Source of the DNA: Amphiscolops sp. MND2022
Lineage: Eukaryota
NCBI GenBank assembly: GCA_964187785.1
Contig: OZ076417.1
Span: 49,786,001-49,850,000, forward strand
Length of the DNA stretch: 64,000 bases
Direction: 5' to 3'
Shown here: one piece after another, positions 38,601 through 50,668 of the stretch
Position numbering within the stretch: position 1 is the first letter of the stretch
Layout: the number at the start of each line of letters is the position of its first letter
The notes under the pieces: generated by a model
What the model saw: only the letters and a program-made list of their open reading frames with translations
Databases searched by the model: none
What the model was told of the DNA's origin: nothing
Translations under genes and position numbers: made by a program

Positions 38601-39387
38601 TTCCGTTATTTCCTTTTTTAATTGTTCAAAATCGTCTTTTATTTCTTTTGTCCATTCCCATTTTGTGTCTTTTTTCAGTAGTCTTCTCATTCTGTCTGTT
38701 TTTTTGGATAGATTGTTCAAAAATTTTGATAAGTGTTGTATCGAGCCCAGAAATGATTTAGGTTCCTTGGTGTTTGTGGGAGCTTTCAATTTCGTTATCG
38801 CTTCTGTTTCATCTTTAATTGGTTTTACTCCGTTTTGGTTTATTTCGTATCCCAACCAGGTTAGTTCTTTTTTAAACAGTTCTGTTTTTTTCTCGCTCGC
38901 TCGGTAACCGTTTTCTTGTAGTTTTGACAGTATTTCACGTAATTCTTCTTCGTGTTCTTCTATTGTTCCGTTGGTGACACAAATGATGTCATCTAGCCAG
39001 ACTGGTGTTTTGAATTCTAGGACTTTATCGATATGTTCTTGAAACACGGTGGGAATATCCGATAGTCCGTAGAATCCCTTTTTAAATCGGTAAAGTCCGG
39101 TAAAATCACCGCGATAATTGAAAACACGCAGTGTCGTGACGCTTCTGGAGATAGTTTGCCTGTCCATATGCGTAGTCTAGGTCGATTTTGGACATCCATA
39201 TCTCGCTGTTGTTTTTTGTGATTTTTGCGGATATTTTGCTGATTAGTTCCTTCATGTTTGGCATTGTTGCCTTTCTTTTTATGCAGGATTCGTTTAGTTT
39301 CCTTGAGTCCAGTGCGATTTTTACTGATTTATCTTTTTTGATCGTTATAACCGTGGGTGAAACGAAACAATTTTCGGTCGTTTTGTC
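35610..39387 (-). pseudogene. pol: Ty3/Gypsy pol fragment (RT, RNase H, integrase), unit 1, with several 1-bp frameshifts
   Basis: RT motifs DLDYAYGQ, FYGLSDIP, WLDD. RNase H motifs TDAC, ELEL, TDHQAL. Integrase HHCC zinc finger, then RTDNGSCF...GLVE with D(35)E spacing. Split into ORFs 39106-39468, 38562-39167, 36590-38581 and 35610-36587. Confidence 0.95.
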
Positions 39388-42300
39388 AAGATATGCGTTC
39401 AGTTTCCCGAAATTGTCTTCATTGTAAAGATAAAAACTGAATAAAAGGGAAAAACGAAAATGTTTCACGTTTTTTTATTCGCAAAAACTACGAAACAAAA
39501 TTTGAAACGGAAAGCAAAACATGCCAGCAAGACACATTTCAACTCACTGAAAGCCGAACAAGATCTGTGTTTTTTATCAAGCACGGAAGCCATAAAAAGT
39601 TGCAACCCCAAAAAAAGGTCAAAAGGGAACGTTTTGCTGCGCTGTCCAGAAGTTATTGAAAAAAGGAGATATTTTATTGAGAACTAATTGAGAAATCCTT
39701 TGAACTAACTTATGCGACACCGCTTTTCATCATCAAAATCCCCAGTCTCCTTTAGAAATAGTAATCAAGATCGGTAATCGGAAAACGCTTTACATTTTTA
39801 ATGCATCTCAACAGCCGTTTTTGATTTTTAAAAGCAGAAATTTTTAAATGTAAATCGATTGCCATGATACACTGACTTCAAAAACAACCCGAGAATTGAT
39901 GCAAATTTTGATTACATCCGCGAAAAGTGCATCCATTTTGTCAAATTGAAGAACAAATAGAATTTTTTCCCGACGATTTATTGATCTAATGCACCCAATG
40001 ATTTCTTGAACTAATGCATGTTTTTGAAGCAACGCTGCTACAAAGGTAACGCAATTAATGGCGGAGGTTACGTAAAAATTAAAAGCTGTGTTTGAAAATG
40101 GTTACGTAATTGCTAATGTGTGCACTTGAAAGTGTCGTGGGCTTGTTTGTAACTAAAAGTGACATCTAAACCCATGCGATTTGGCACGTGAATGAATTTT
40201 GTTAGGTATCCTGAATGACAAAAAGTGCTGTCGATGGCTGGACCGGTTGGTAACTGGTATTAGGCAGGTACCGTGCTCTTTTGTCAAGTGAAGGATGGTA
40301 TGAGTTGGTAAGTTGTCGTGAAGTAGAATCGAAAGAACCTCTAACGGTTAATAGGGCATATAGCTTACATATGACCGCATTTTGGACACTCAATTCAACA
40401 TTTATACCATCCTATGACTTCATAATAGTGCCAACCAAAAAGCAACGGGACAAAGAATGTAATTGCGACATCTAATTCAGCGCCACATTCAAGATATTTC
40501 CTTATTAGGATACGCATACCCCCTCCCTCCCAAAAATAAAAAATTTCCCCCGGGGCAAGATGGAAAGTGCTCAAGTAATCATGCACTTTATTCTCAAGGA
40601 TATAAGATACAAAAAGAAGAAAGAGGAAGAATTGCCACTAAGGATAGATAAGTTCAATACTGTAACTTTTTGGGCGTAAATATAGTTATAGCAACATGAA
40701 CAATTCTACATGTTTCTATTTCGAAATTCGCTTTACAAGGCATAGAAAGAAAAAAGCCATTGTACAAAGGAATTAAGAACATGTGGTTACCAAATTAGCT
40801 TTCGACTATTTTAAATTTGTTGTCTACAGCTATTTACAAACTATATTAAAAGACTAGGATTGATCTTAATATCGGTTATATTCGTTAGTACAAGATGAAA
40901 TATACCGTAACTCCTTACCTCCTCTAACTCAGAATTAGCTTGGCGATTCGTAACACGGTGCATAAAAAGATTGAAGAGATTACTTTAACTCAAACAAAAA
41001 TCACAAAATCGTTTTTTAAACAAGCCGGAAACGGCATAAGTCAGGGCCATATGTCTAAGACTCAAAAATAGCAAAAGGACTTCAAAGTGTCAAGTATTGT
41101 CTTCTAGAGTACCTGAAAAACCCAATAGTTGCACCGAATTGGGGCACCGGGCGCGCTAGTGCGGGCCGTTGGCGCGCTAACAAGGGGGACCCTTTCGGAT
41201 TTTTTAACACCCATTCTGTTGCAAAATACTTTCAATTTTTTCAATACAAAAAATTTTCCATAAAAGTCTCACAATGCCGAAAAAAATTGAAAGGGGGACC
41301 TTTTAGTCTCGCACGGTAATGTATGTTATGTAAAAAGGGAACAACCTCTTCGGTTCAGTTCCCCAGGCCAAATGGTTCAACTTGACACCTTAAAATTTCG
41401 TAGAACTTTGTAGAACTATTTTGGTAGATTTGAGTGGATTGAAAAAAAGAGTCACTAGTATGGTCGCGTTTCACTTCATGAAGCGCCGAATAAAAAAAGG
41501 CAAAAAGAAACAAAAATTGACAAACAAGAAAACAAGAAGTAAAAAGCGGAAAAGATCTAACGGAATAAGATCTAAAACAATCACAAGTCTCAAATTGACA
41601 TGGATGGGGCGTTCTCCGCCAATAACAAAGTGTTACATCTTATTCCATTAGATCTTATTCCGTCCTCTCAAAAAGAAGTACAGTCATTATTGCAGGACAT
41701 CCGTATAGCTACAGTGCAGCTCGATAAATTCGCGCTCGGATATTACGTAACCTGGTTTATTACGTAATGAAAACCGATCTCGCGCACTGTGAAAGCTCTG
41801 TTAATTCGCTCTCGCTTGAATCGCATCTTCGTGTATTAGGTAACAATTTTCCGTGTCCTATCAACTAACTATTTAGCGGTAATCGTAACTTGTACTCCGC
41901 ATTCTTTAAACAACACTATAAACAGTGGAGCAATACGTGTGAATAATGTTTTAATCTCAAATACCAGATTTGTAACAGGTTTTAAACACATCAGAAATTC
42001 ATTTGCTTTACTACCAATTACGAATCAACCAAACAAACGGTCTCATGTGGATTAAACGTTGACGCAAAAATTGATGTTATTCTGTACTTCGAGAAACATC
42101 CTGCTGAGAAGAAAAGAGAGAGCGCGAAACATTTTCATATACTGGAAACAACTCTCAATGTCTGGTAAAAACAAAGCAAAGTTGAAAGAACAATTTTCTC
42201 CGATGAGCAAAACTCAAATTATAGACACCATTCAACCACAAAGTTCAGCTGCATTGATGCACCTTCAATGAAAAGGTTTCTTTGAGCGATATCGACAAGA

Positions 42301-42793
42301 ATTGCGATAGATGGTGGAACACTGAGACTGAAACCAGAGGATCGTTCGTCACTCTTCGATTCATCGGAACCCGAACTAACAAAAGGATGGAAGGATCGAC
42401 GGATGAAACGTAATATATCGAACAAGACGCCCGCTAAGCACCGGGATATTTTCCGCGACATGCTTATTGCAAGAAAAGTATGGCGAAGGAGAGGTTCGAA
42501 CCCACGACCTACTGGCTGGGAAACAAAAAAATTCGAGCATCAGCCCGGGTTCAAGCCTAGGACCTACAACCTCACCGAGCCACCATAATTGAAGTAACTA
42601 AGTGCATAAATGGATTGGAGATAAAGTGGAGTTTTGGCGGAATTAGTGAAAAAAAAACGCATCACAGATCATGATTTTCCTCCCCCATTTATGTGGGCGG
42701 AAAATAACAAACGAGAGTATGCGCTGAAGGAGAGCGTGTCATCTGGAATTGTTCTCGATTGGAGAGAACACCAGATAGCAATTCGGGTATTGT

Positions 42794-42995
42794 TGTAGAC
42801 TCGCAGAAAAGATAGAATTAAGAAGTTGAATTAAGAAGAGAATGTTCTCAAGAGCATAGAGTAACAGATTATCAGTATCTATACGTATAGCATCGTAGGC
42901 AACAACTAAATGATGGGGATGTTCTATATAGTTCATAGGCAGGTACTTGAATGTTCAATTAAGTCTGTCTAGACTATGTAACTTTCACCTCTACA
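42794..42995 (-). mobile_element. 3' LTR, unit 2
   Basis: Identical by eye to 35263-35464, with the PPT adjacent. Confidence 0.85.
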
Positions 42996-43140
42996 TTCCC
43001 CCCTCTTCGGGATTGTGGGAACAATTCTTGAGTGTCTCAGGCGTTCTTGTTTTCGGCCTTGTTTGTTGGCTGTGTTCCGGATGAAGTGTACAACCTTCTT
43101 TTGGCTTTTTGGCTTCGGATCTAGAATAATTCGAAAGTTG

Positions 43141-46100
43141 TCAAAAGTATTCTATGCCACCCATTTTATTAACTCTTTTCGCGTTTTTGATTCTATTGGA
43201 TCTACGGATCCCTTTTTCCCCCTCTACGATTTTTGGCTTGTTCTCCCCGACCTCTATATTAAATTCTACTACACCTTTATTTACTGAATTTGGGCCCTTT
43301 TGTGGTGATCCTGTTGGGGTTTGGTCAGGGTCCTTGTTAGTACGGTGTTGTGCCAATTCCGTACTACAGCTGACGGGTGGTAGGATCTCGGGTGTTTGGC
43401 TTTCCTCCGATCTGGCCGTTGTCTCGTCTGTGTTGTTGTTATTGTACTTTATGTCTGCCGTGACGGTGATTTCAGTGTCAGTATTGTCCGTGAGCGGTGG
43501 TTCTTCCGCTTGGGATGACTGACTGTCGGAGATTATGGTGACATCCGGGATTTTTTCGGTCTGTTTGGCGGGCATCATTGGGAATGTTTCCGAGCTGGTC
43601 GATTGTTTTTGTAACTCTGATTTTACCCTTTTGTGGGTATCGCATAGTTCTCCGTTGCTGAATCGTCCGCATCTTGTGCACCGTTTGGTCGGTTTTCTGG
43701 TCTCCTCGTTTTTCTTCAATGGCTGAAATTTTAAAGGGTTAGATGCCAGTTTCTTATGGTTGATTTTACCATCAGTAGTTGTTATGGTATGTTTGGTCTC
43801 TCTGGCTGCAGTTAAAATTTTATCCGTTTTAAATCTACATTTTAGTGCATTGGGTTTGTTTTCTTTTTCGAAGAATTGGTAGCTTTTAAAATTGTCGCTT
43901 ACCGATCGTCCCCTCTTTCTTGACTCATTGAGTATCAAGTAATCGGCCAGTTCCCCATCTGAGTCGTGTATCGTAAAAACTTGTAATTCGGCAGGCTTGG
44001 CTAAAAAGTAATTTGTTAATGTTTTCTTCCAAACCGTTAATAGGCAATTTGGTTGACCAATCAGATTGGTTATCGGCGTGCGTGGTTTTCTCCCGTAGTG
44101 TAATTGGAAAGGTGTCATTTTCAGAGTGCTATGTTGTGTTTGCCTAATAGTTTTAATTGCCTTATTGACACTTTCTTCAAAGGTTAGATTGTCTTCTAAA
44201 TTGGCTCTAGTTAACGACTTAATTGTGCGAATTGTTCTTTCGACCAATCCGGTTCCCGTATGTAAATTCGGTGTGCACCGTATTCTTGTAATAATTTCGC
44301 CGTTGCAGTAGGCTTTAAATTCTTTGCTTTTAAAGCAGCTACCGTTGTCGGTACGTATGGTTTGTGGCGTTCCGTTATCGGCACAGTATTTTATTAAAAA
44401 TTTTATTACGGTTTGAGAGTCCCTGTGTTTACAAATTTGGGCCGTTGGCCATTTGCTAAAACGGTCGATCGCAACTAAAATATAGACATTTCCGCGTGAT
44501 TTTGATTTTATCGGGCCAGCGAAGTTTAGTTGGATTTCTTGTCCAGGTTCGGTTAAAATTTCGAGTCTATTTGTCTCCGATTGTGGTATTTGTGTTTTTA
44601 AGTTCTTACCTGCGATTCGGCAGCTTGGGCAATTTTCAGCTTTGTCTCTGATCTCACGATGGATGTCTGGCCACCAGAAGGCCTCCGCGGACTTGTCCAT
44701 CTTGTTGATAGATACATGGCCATTGTGTAGCATGGTGATAATCGTCGGTCTCATCGCTTCTGGAATAACTATGCGGTCATTGTAAAAAAGTAATCCGAAG
44801 CGGGTTTCAAGGTGTTCGCGGTGTGGGCGATATGGATAAAAGATGCCGTCGCGGTTCCCAGTTTCCAGTGCGATGATAGCGTCTAATATCTTGGTGTCTT
44901 GTGCCGTTTCCCCGACCAGCATTGGCAGATCCATTGCGAATTCTCTTTCGGCCTTTTTAATCATCTCTGCCGTTTTTTCGTTTCTGTCTTCTGGCAGCGT
45001 ATTTCGTTTAGCGGTTTGTTTTAGTCGGATTAGATTGACACTTTCGTGTTTTTTGAACTTTTTCAAGATGTTTGTTGGACATTTCTCTGTTTTTAGGTGG
45101 CTAATTTGGCTTTCGTTGTCTGAAGACACATTAATCCAGGATTCATGGATGTTTTCGTTGAATTCTCTCAGGGGTGTAGTCCCCAGGCTTTCGCAATAAT
45201 TGAAGAATCGATTGTAGATCATTATGTTGATTCGTTCGATTTCTTTCCTGTCTTGTTGTGAAGGACGGTACTGTTGTATGCGTTCGTTTTCGCTGCCTTT
45301 TCCTACGATTCTGGTACGATTAGGTTGTAGGATTTTATTTCTTTCGGAGCGAAGTTTACTTGTTTCTGGGGAATGTCCCCGTTTTTTGAAAATAAATTCG
45401 ATGTCAATTCCATTGACTTTATCCATTTTTGACATTGGCGGTACTTTATTCTCAAAGTTTGTGCTGTTTGACGGTTCAATTTTGTTTCGCGGTGAGAAAG
45501 TTTGAATTGAGTCTCTGTTGTTGGTTTGTTCACGTGTTTGTTTTGTGCGTTGTGATTGGTTAGATTTTGATGCCGATGACTGTCGTTGGATGTGTTGCGT
45601 AATACTACCGTTCGTGCGATTGAACTCGAATAAGCCATATATCTGGTTTATTACGAATTCCTCTTCGGCTTCTTTTTCTTCGTTCTCGCATGGTGTTTCC
45701 GCTTGGCGTTCAGTGAGTATCGGGTGTCGGCTTAGATAATCCGTTAATGGAATATTCTTGCCTGCGGTGTATTGCACATTCACATCGAAATGGCTTAGAC
45801 GGTCTAACCACCGTGTGAGTCTTGCACTATATTGTTTATGGGCTCGATTGCGCTTTAATAAAGGTTGTAACGCTTGATGGTCGGTCAGGAGGTTTACTTT
45901 TTTTCCGTATACGTAATACCTGAAGTATTCGAGTCCCCATAAGAGGCCTAATAATTCCAGTTCGTTTATGGCGTATTTTCTTTCACAATCAGTGAGAAAT
46001 CTGCTGGCAAAGGCTATTGGCCTGAAGTTTTCATCCTCTTTTTGCCATAGGGTTGCCCCTAGTCCGGTATTACATGCGTCGGTTGTTATAAAATTATCTT

Positions 46101-46921
46101 TTTTTGGATCAAAGTGTGCTAAGCATGGTGCTTCCGTTATTTCCTTTTTTAATTGTTCAAAATCGTCATTTATTTCTTTTGTCCATTCCCATTTTGTGTC
46201 TTTTTTCAGTAGTCTTCTCATTCTGTCTGTTTTTTTTGGATAGATTGTTCAAAAATTTTGATAAGTGTTGTATCGAGCCCAGAAATGATTTAGGTTCCTT
46301 GGTGTTTGTGGGAGCTTTCAATTTCGTTATCGCTTCTGTTTCATCTTTAATTGGTTTTACTCCGTTTTGGTTTATTTCGTATCCCAACCAGGTTAGTTCT
46401 TTTTTAAACAGTTCTGTTTTTTTCTCGCTCGCTCGGTAACCGTTTTCTTGTAGTTTTGACAGTATTTCACGTAATTCTTCTTCGTGTTCTTCTATTGTTC
46501 CGTTGGTGACACAAATGATGTCATCTAGCCAGACTGGTGTTTTGAATTCTAGGACTTTATCGATATGTTCTTGAAACACGGTGGGAATATCCGATAGTCC
46601 GTAGAATCCCTTTTTAAATCGGTAAAGTCCGGTAAAATCACCGCCGATAATTGAAAACACGCAGTGTCGTGACGCTTCTGGAGATAGTTGTGCCTGTCCA
46701 TATGCGTAGTCTAGGTCGATTTTGGACATCCATATCTCGCCGTTGTTTTTTGTGATTTTTGCGGATATTTTGCTGATTAGTTCCTTCATGTTTGGCATTG
46801 TTGCCTTTCTTTTTATGCAGGATTCGTTTAGTTTCCTTGAGTCCAGTGCGATTTTTACTGATTTATCTTTTTTGATCGTTATAACCGGGGGTGAAACGAA
46901 ACAATTTTCGGTCGTTTTGTC
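43141..46921 (-). pseudogene. pol: Ty3/Gypsy pol fragment, unit 2; most intact copy
   Basis: The 1026-aa ORF 43141-46221 (RNase H, integrase) and the RT ORF 46166-46798 are separated by one frameshift at a T8 run (46230-46237; T7 in units 1 and 3). Removing one T gives a continuous 1260-codon frame. Confidence 0.95.
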
Positions 46922-49900
46922 AAGATATGCGTTCAGTTTCCCGAAATTGTCTTCATTGTAAAGATGAAAACTGAATTAAAGGGAAAAACGAAAATGTTTC
47001 TCGTTTTTTTATTCGCAAAAACTACGAAACAAAATTTGAAACGGAAAGCAAAACATGCCAGCAAGACACATTTCAACTCACTGAAAGCCGAACAAGATCT
47101 GTGTTTTTTATCAAGCACGGAAGCCATAAAAAGTTGCAACCCCAAAAAAAGTCAAAAGGGAACGTTTTGCTGCGCTGTCCAGAAGTTATTGAAAAAAGGA
47201 GATATTTTATTGAGAACTAATTGAGAAATCCTGAGAACTAACTTATGCGACACCGCTTTTCATCATCAAAATCCCCAGTCTCCTTTAGAAATAGTAATCA
47301 AGATCGGTAATCGGAAAAGGCTTTACATTTTTAATGCAACTCAACAGCCGTTTTTGATTTTTAAAAGCAGAAATTTTTAAATGTAAATCGATTGCCATGA
47401 TACACTGACTTCAAAAACAACCCGAGAATTGATGCAAATTTTGATTACATCCGCGAAAAGTGCATCCATTTTGTCAAATTGAAGAACAAATAGAATTTTT
47501 TCCCGACGATTTATTGATCTAATGCACCCAATGATTTCTTGAACTAATGCATGTTTTTGAAGCAACGCTGCTACAAAGGTAACGCAATTAATGGCGGAGG
47601 TTACGTAAAAATTAAAAGCTGTGTTTGAAAATGGTTACGTAATTGCTGATGTGTGCACTTGAAAGTGTCGTGGGCTTGTTTGTTACTAAAAGTGACATCT
47701 AAACCCATGCGATTTGGCGCGTGAACGAATTTTGTTAGGTATCCTGAATGACAAAAAGTGCTGGCGATGGCTGGACCGGTTGGTAACTGGTATTAGGCAG
47801 GTACCGTGCTCTTTTGTCACGTGAAGGATGGTATGAGTTGGTAAGTTGTCGTGAAGTAGAATCCAAAGAACCTCTAACGGTTAATAGGGCATATAGCTTA
47901 CATATGACCGCCTTTTGGACACTCAATTCAACATTTATACCATCCTTTGACTTCATAATAGTGCCAACCAAAAAGCAACGGGACAAAGAATGTAATTGCG
48001 TCATCTAATTCAGCGCCACATTCAAGATATTTCCTTTTTAGGATACGCATACCCCCTCCCTCCCAAAAAAAAATTTCCCCCGGGGCAAGCTGGAAAGTGC
48101 TCAAGTAATCATGCACTTTATTCTCAAGGATATAAGATACAAAAGAAGAAAGAGGAAGAATTGCCACTAAGGATAGATAAGTTCAATACTGTAACTTTTT
48201 GGGCGTAAATATAGTTATAGCAACATGAACAATTCTACATGTTTCTATTTCGAAATTCGCTTTACAAGGCATAGAAAGAAAAAAGCCATTGTACAAAGGA
48301 ATTAAGAACATGTGGTTACCAAATTAGCTTCCGACTATTTTAAATTTGTTGTCTACAGCTATTTACAAACTATATTAAAAGATTAGGATTGATCTTAATA
48401 TCGGTTAAATTCGTTAGTACAAGATGAAATATACCGTAACTCCTTACCTCCTCTAACTCAGAACTAGCTTGGCGATTCGTAACACGGTGCATAAAAAGAT
48501 TGAAGAGATTACTTTAACTCAAACAAAAATCACAAAATCGTTTTTTAAACAAGCCGGAAACGGCATAAGTCAGGGCCATATGTCTAAGACTCAAAAATAG
48601 CAAAAGGACTTCAAAGTGTCAAGTATTGTCTTCTAGAGTACCTGAAAAACCCAATAGTTGCACCGAATTGGGGCACCGGGCGCGCTAGTGCGGGCCGTTG
48701 GCGCGCTAACAAGGGGGACCCTTTCGGATTTTTTAACACCCATTCTGTTGCAAAATACTTTCAATTTTTTCAATACAAAAAATTTTCCATAAAAGTTTCA
48801 CAATGCCGAAAAAAATTGAAAGGGGGACCTTTTAGTCTCGCACGGTAATGTATGTTATGTAAAAAGGGAACAACCTCCGGTTCAGTTCCCCAGTCCAAAT
48901 GGTTCAACTTGACACCTTAAAATTTCGTAGAACTTTGTAGAACTAATTTGGTAGATTTGAGTGGATTGAAAAAAAGAGTCACTAGTATGGTCTCGTTTCA
49001 CTTCATGAAGCGCCGAATAAAAAAAGGCAAAAAGAAACAAAAATTGACAAACAAGAAAACAAGAAGTGAAAAGCGGAAAAGATCTAACGGAATAAGATCT
49101 AAAACAATCACAAGTCTCAAATTGACATGGATGGGGCGTTCTCCGCCAATCACAAAGTGTTACATTTTATTCCATTAGATCTTATTCCCTCCTCTCAAAA
49201 AGAAGTACAGTCATTATTGCAGGACATCCGTATAGCTACAGTGCAGCTCGATAAATTCGCGCTCGGATATTACGTAACCTGGTTTATTACGTAATGAAAA
49301 CCGATCTCGCGCACTGTGAAAGCTCTGTTAATTCGCTCTCGCTTGAATCGCATCTTCGTGTATTATGTAACAATTTTCCGTGTCCTATCAACTAACTATT
49401 TAGCGGTAATCGTAACTTGTACTCCGCATTCTTTAAACAACACTATAAACAGTGGAGCAATACGTGTGAATAATAGTTTTAATATCAAATACCAGATTTG
49501 TAACAGGTTTTAAACACATCAGAAATTCATTTGCTTTACTACCAATTACGAACCAACCAAACAAACGGTCTCACGTGGATTAAACGTTGACGCAAAAAAT
49601 TGATGTTATTCTGTACTTCGAGAAACATCCTGCTGAGAAGAAAAGAGAGAGCGCGAAACATTTTCATACACCGGAAATAACTCTCAATGTCTGGTAAAAA
49701 ACGAAGCAAAGTTGAAAGAACAATTTTCTCCGATGAGCAAAATTCAAATTATAGACACCATTCAACCACAAAGTTCAGCTGCATTGATGCACCTTCAATG
49801 AGAAGGTTTCTTTGAGCGATATCGACAAGAATTGCGATAGATGGTGGAACACTGAGACTGAAACCAGAGGATCGTTCGTCACTCTTCGATTCATCGGAAC

Positions 49901-50322
49901 CCGAACTAACAAAAGGATGGAAGGATCGACGGATGAAACGTAATATATCGAACAAGACGCCCGCTAAGCACCGGGATATTTTCCGCGACACGCTTATTGC
50001 AAGAAAAGTATGGCGAAGGAGAGGTTCGAACCCACGACCTACTGGCTGGGAAACAAAAAAATTCGAGCATCAGCCCGGGTTCAAGCCCAGGACCTACAAC
50101 CTCACCGAGCCACCATAATTGAAGTACCTAAGTGCATAAATGGATTGGACATAAAGTGGAGTTTTGGCGGAATTAGTGAAAAAAAACGCATCACAGATCA
50201 TGATTTTCCTCCCCCATTTATGTGGGCGGAAAATAACAAACGAGAGTATGCGCTGAAGGAGAGCGTGTCATCTGGAATTGTTCTCGATTGGAGAGAACAC
50301 CAGATAGCAATTCGGGTATTGT

Positions 50323-50524
50323 TGTAGACTCGCAGAAAAGATAGAATTAAGAAGTTGAATTAAGAAGAGAATGTTCTCGAGAGCATAGAGTAACAGATTA
50401 TCAGTATCTATACGTATAGCATCGTAGGCAACAACTAAATGATGGGGATGTTCTATATAGTTCATAGGCAGGTACTTGAATGTTCAATTAAGTCTGTCTA
50501 GACTATGTAACTTTCACCTCTACA
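50323..50524 (-). mobile_element. 3' LTR, unit 3
   Basis: One substitution relative to units 1 and 2 (ttctcgag vs ttctcaag). Confidence 0.85.
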
Positions 50525-50668
50525 TTCCCCCTCTTCCGGATTGTGGGAACCATTCTTGAGTGTCTCAGGCGTTCTTGTTTTCGGCCTTGTTTGTTGGCTG
50601 TGTTCCGGATGAAGTGTACAACCTTCTTTTGGCTTTTTGGCTTCGGATCTAGAATAATTCGAAAGTTG

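Noticed and set aside
35263-42995. Autonomous full-length LTR retrotransposon
   Set aside because: There is no gag, protease or PBS. The internal 3.4 kb is host DNA, RT is N-truncated, and the integrase has D to N.
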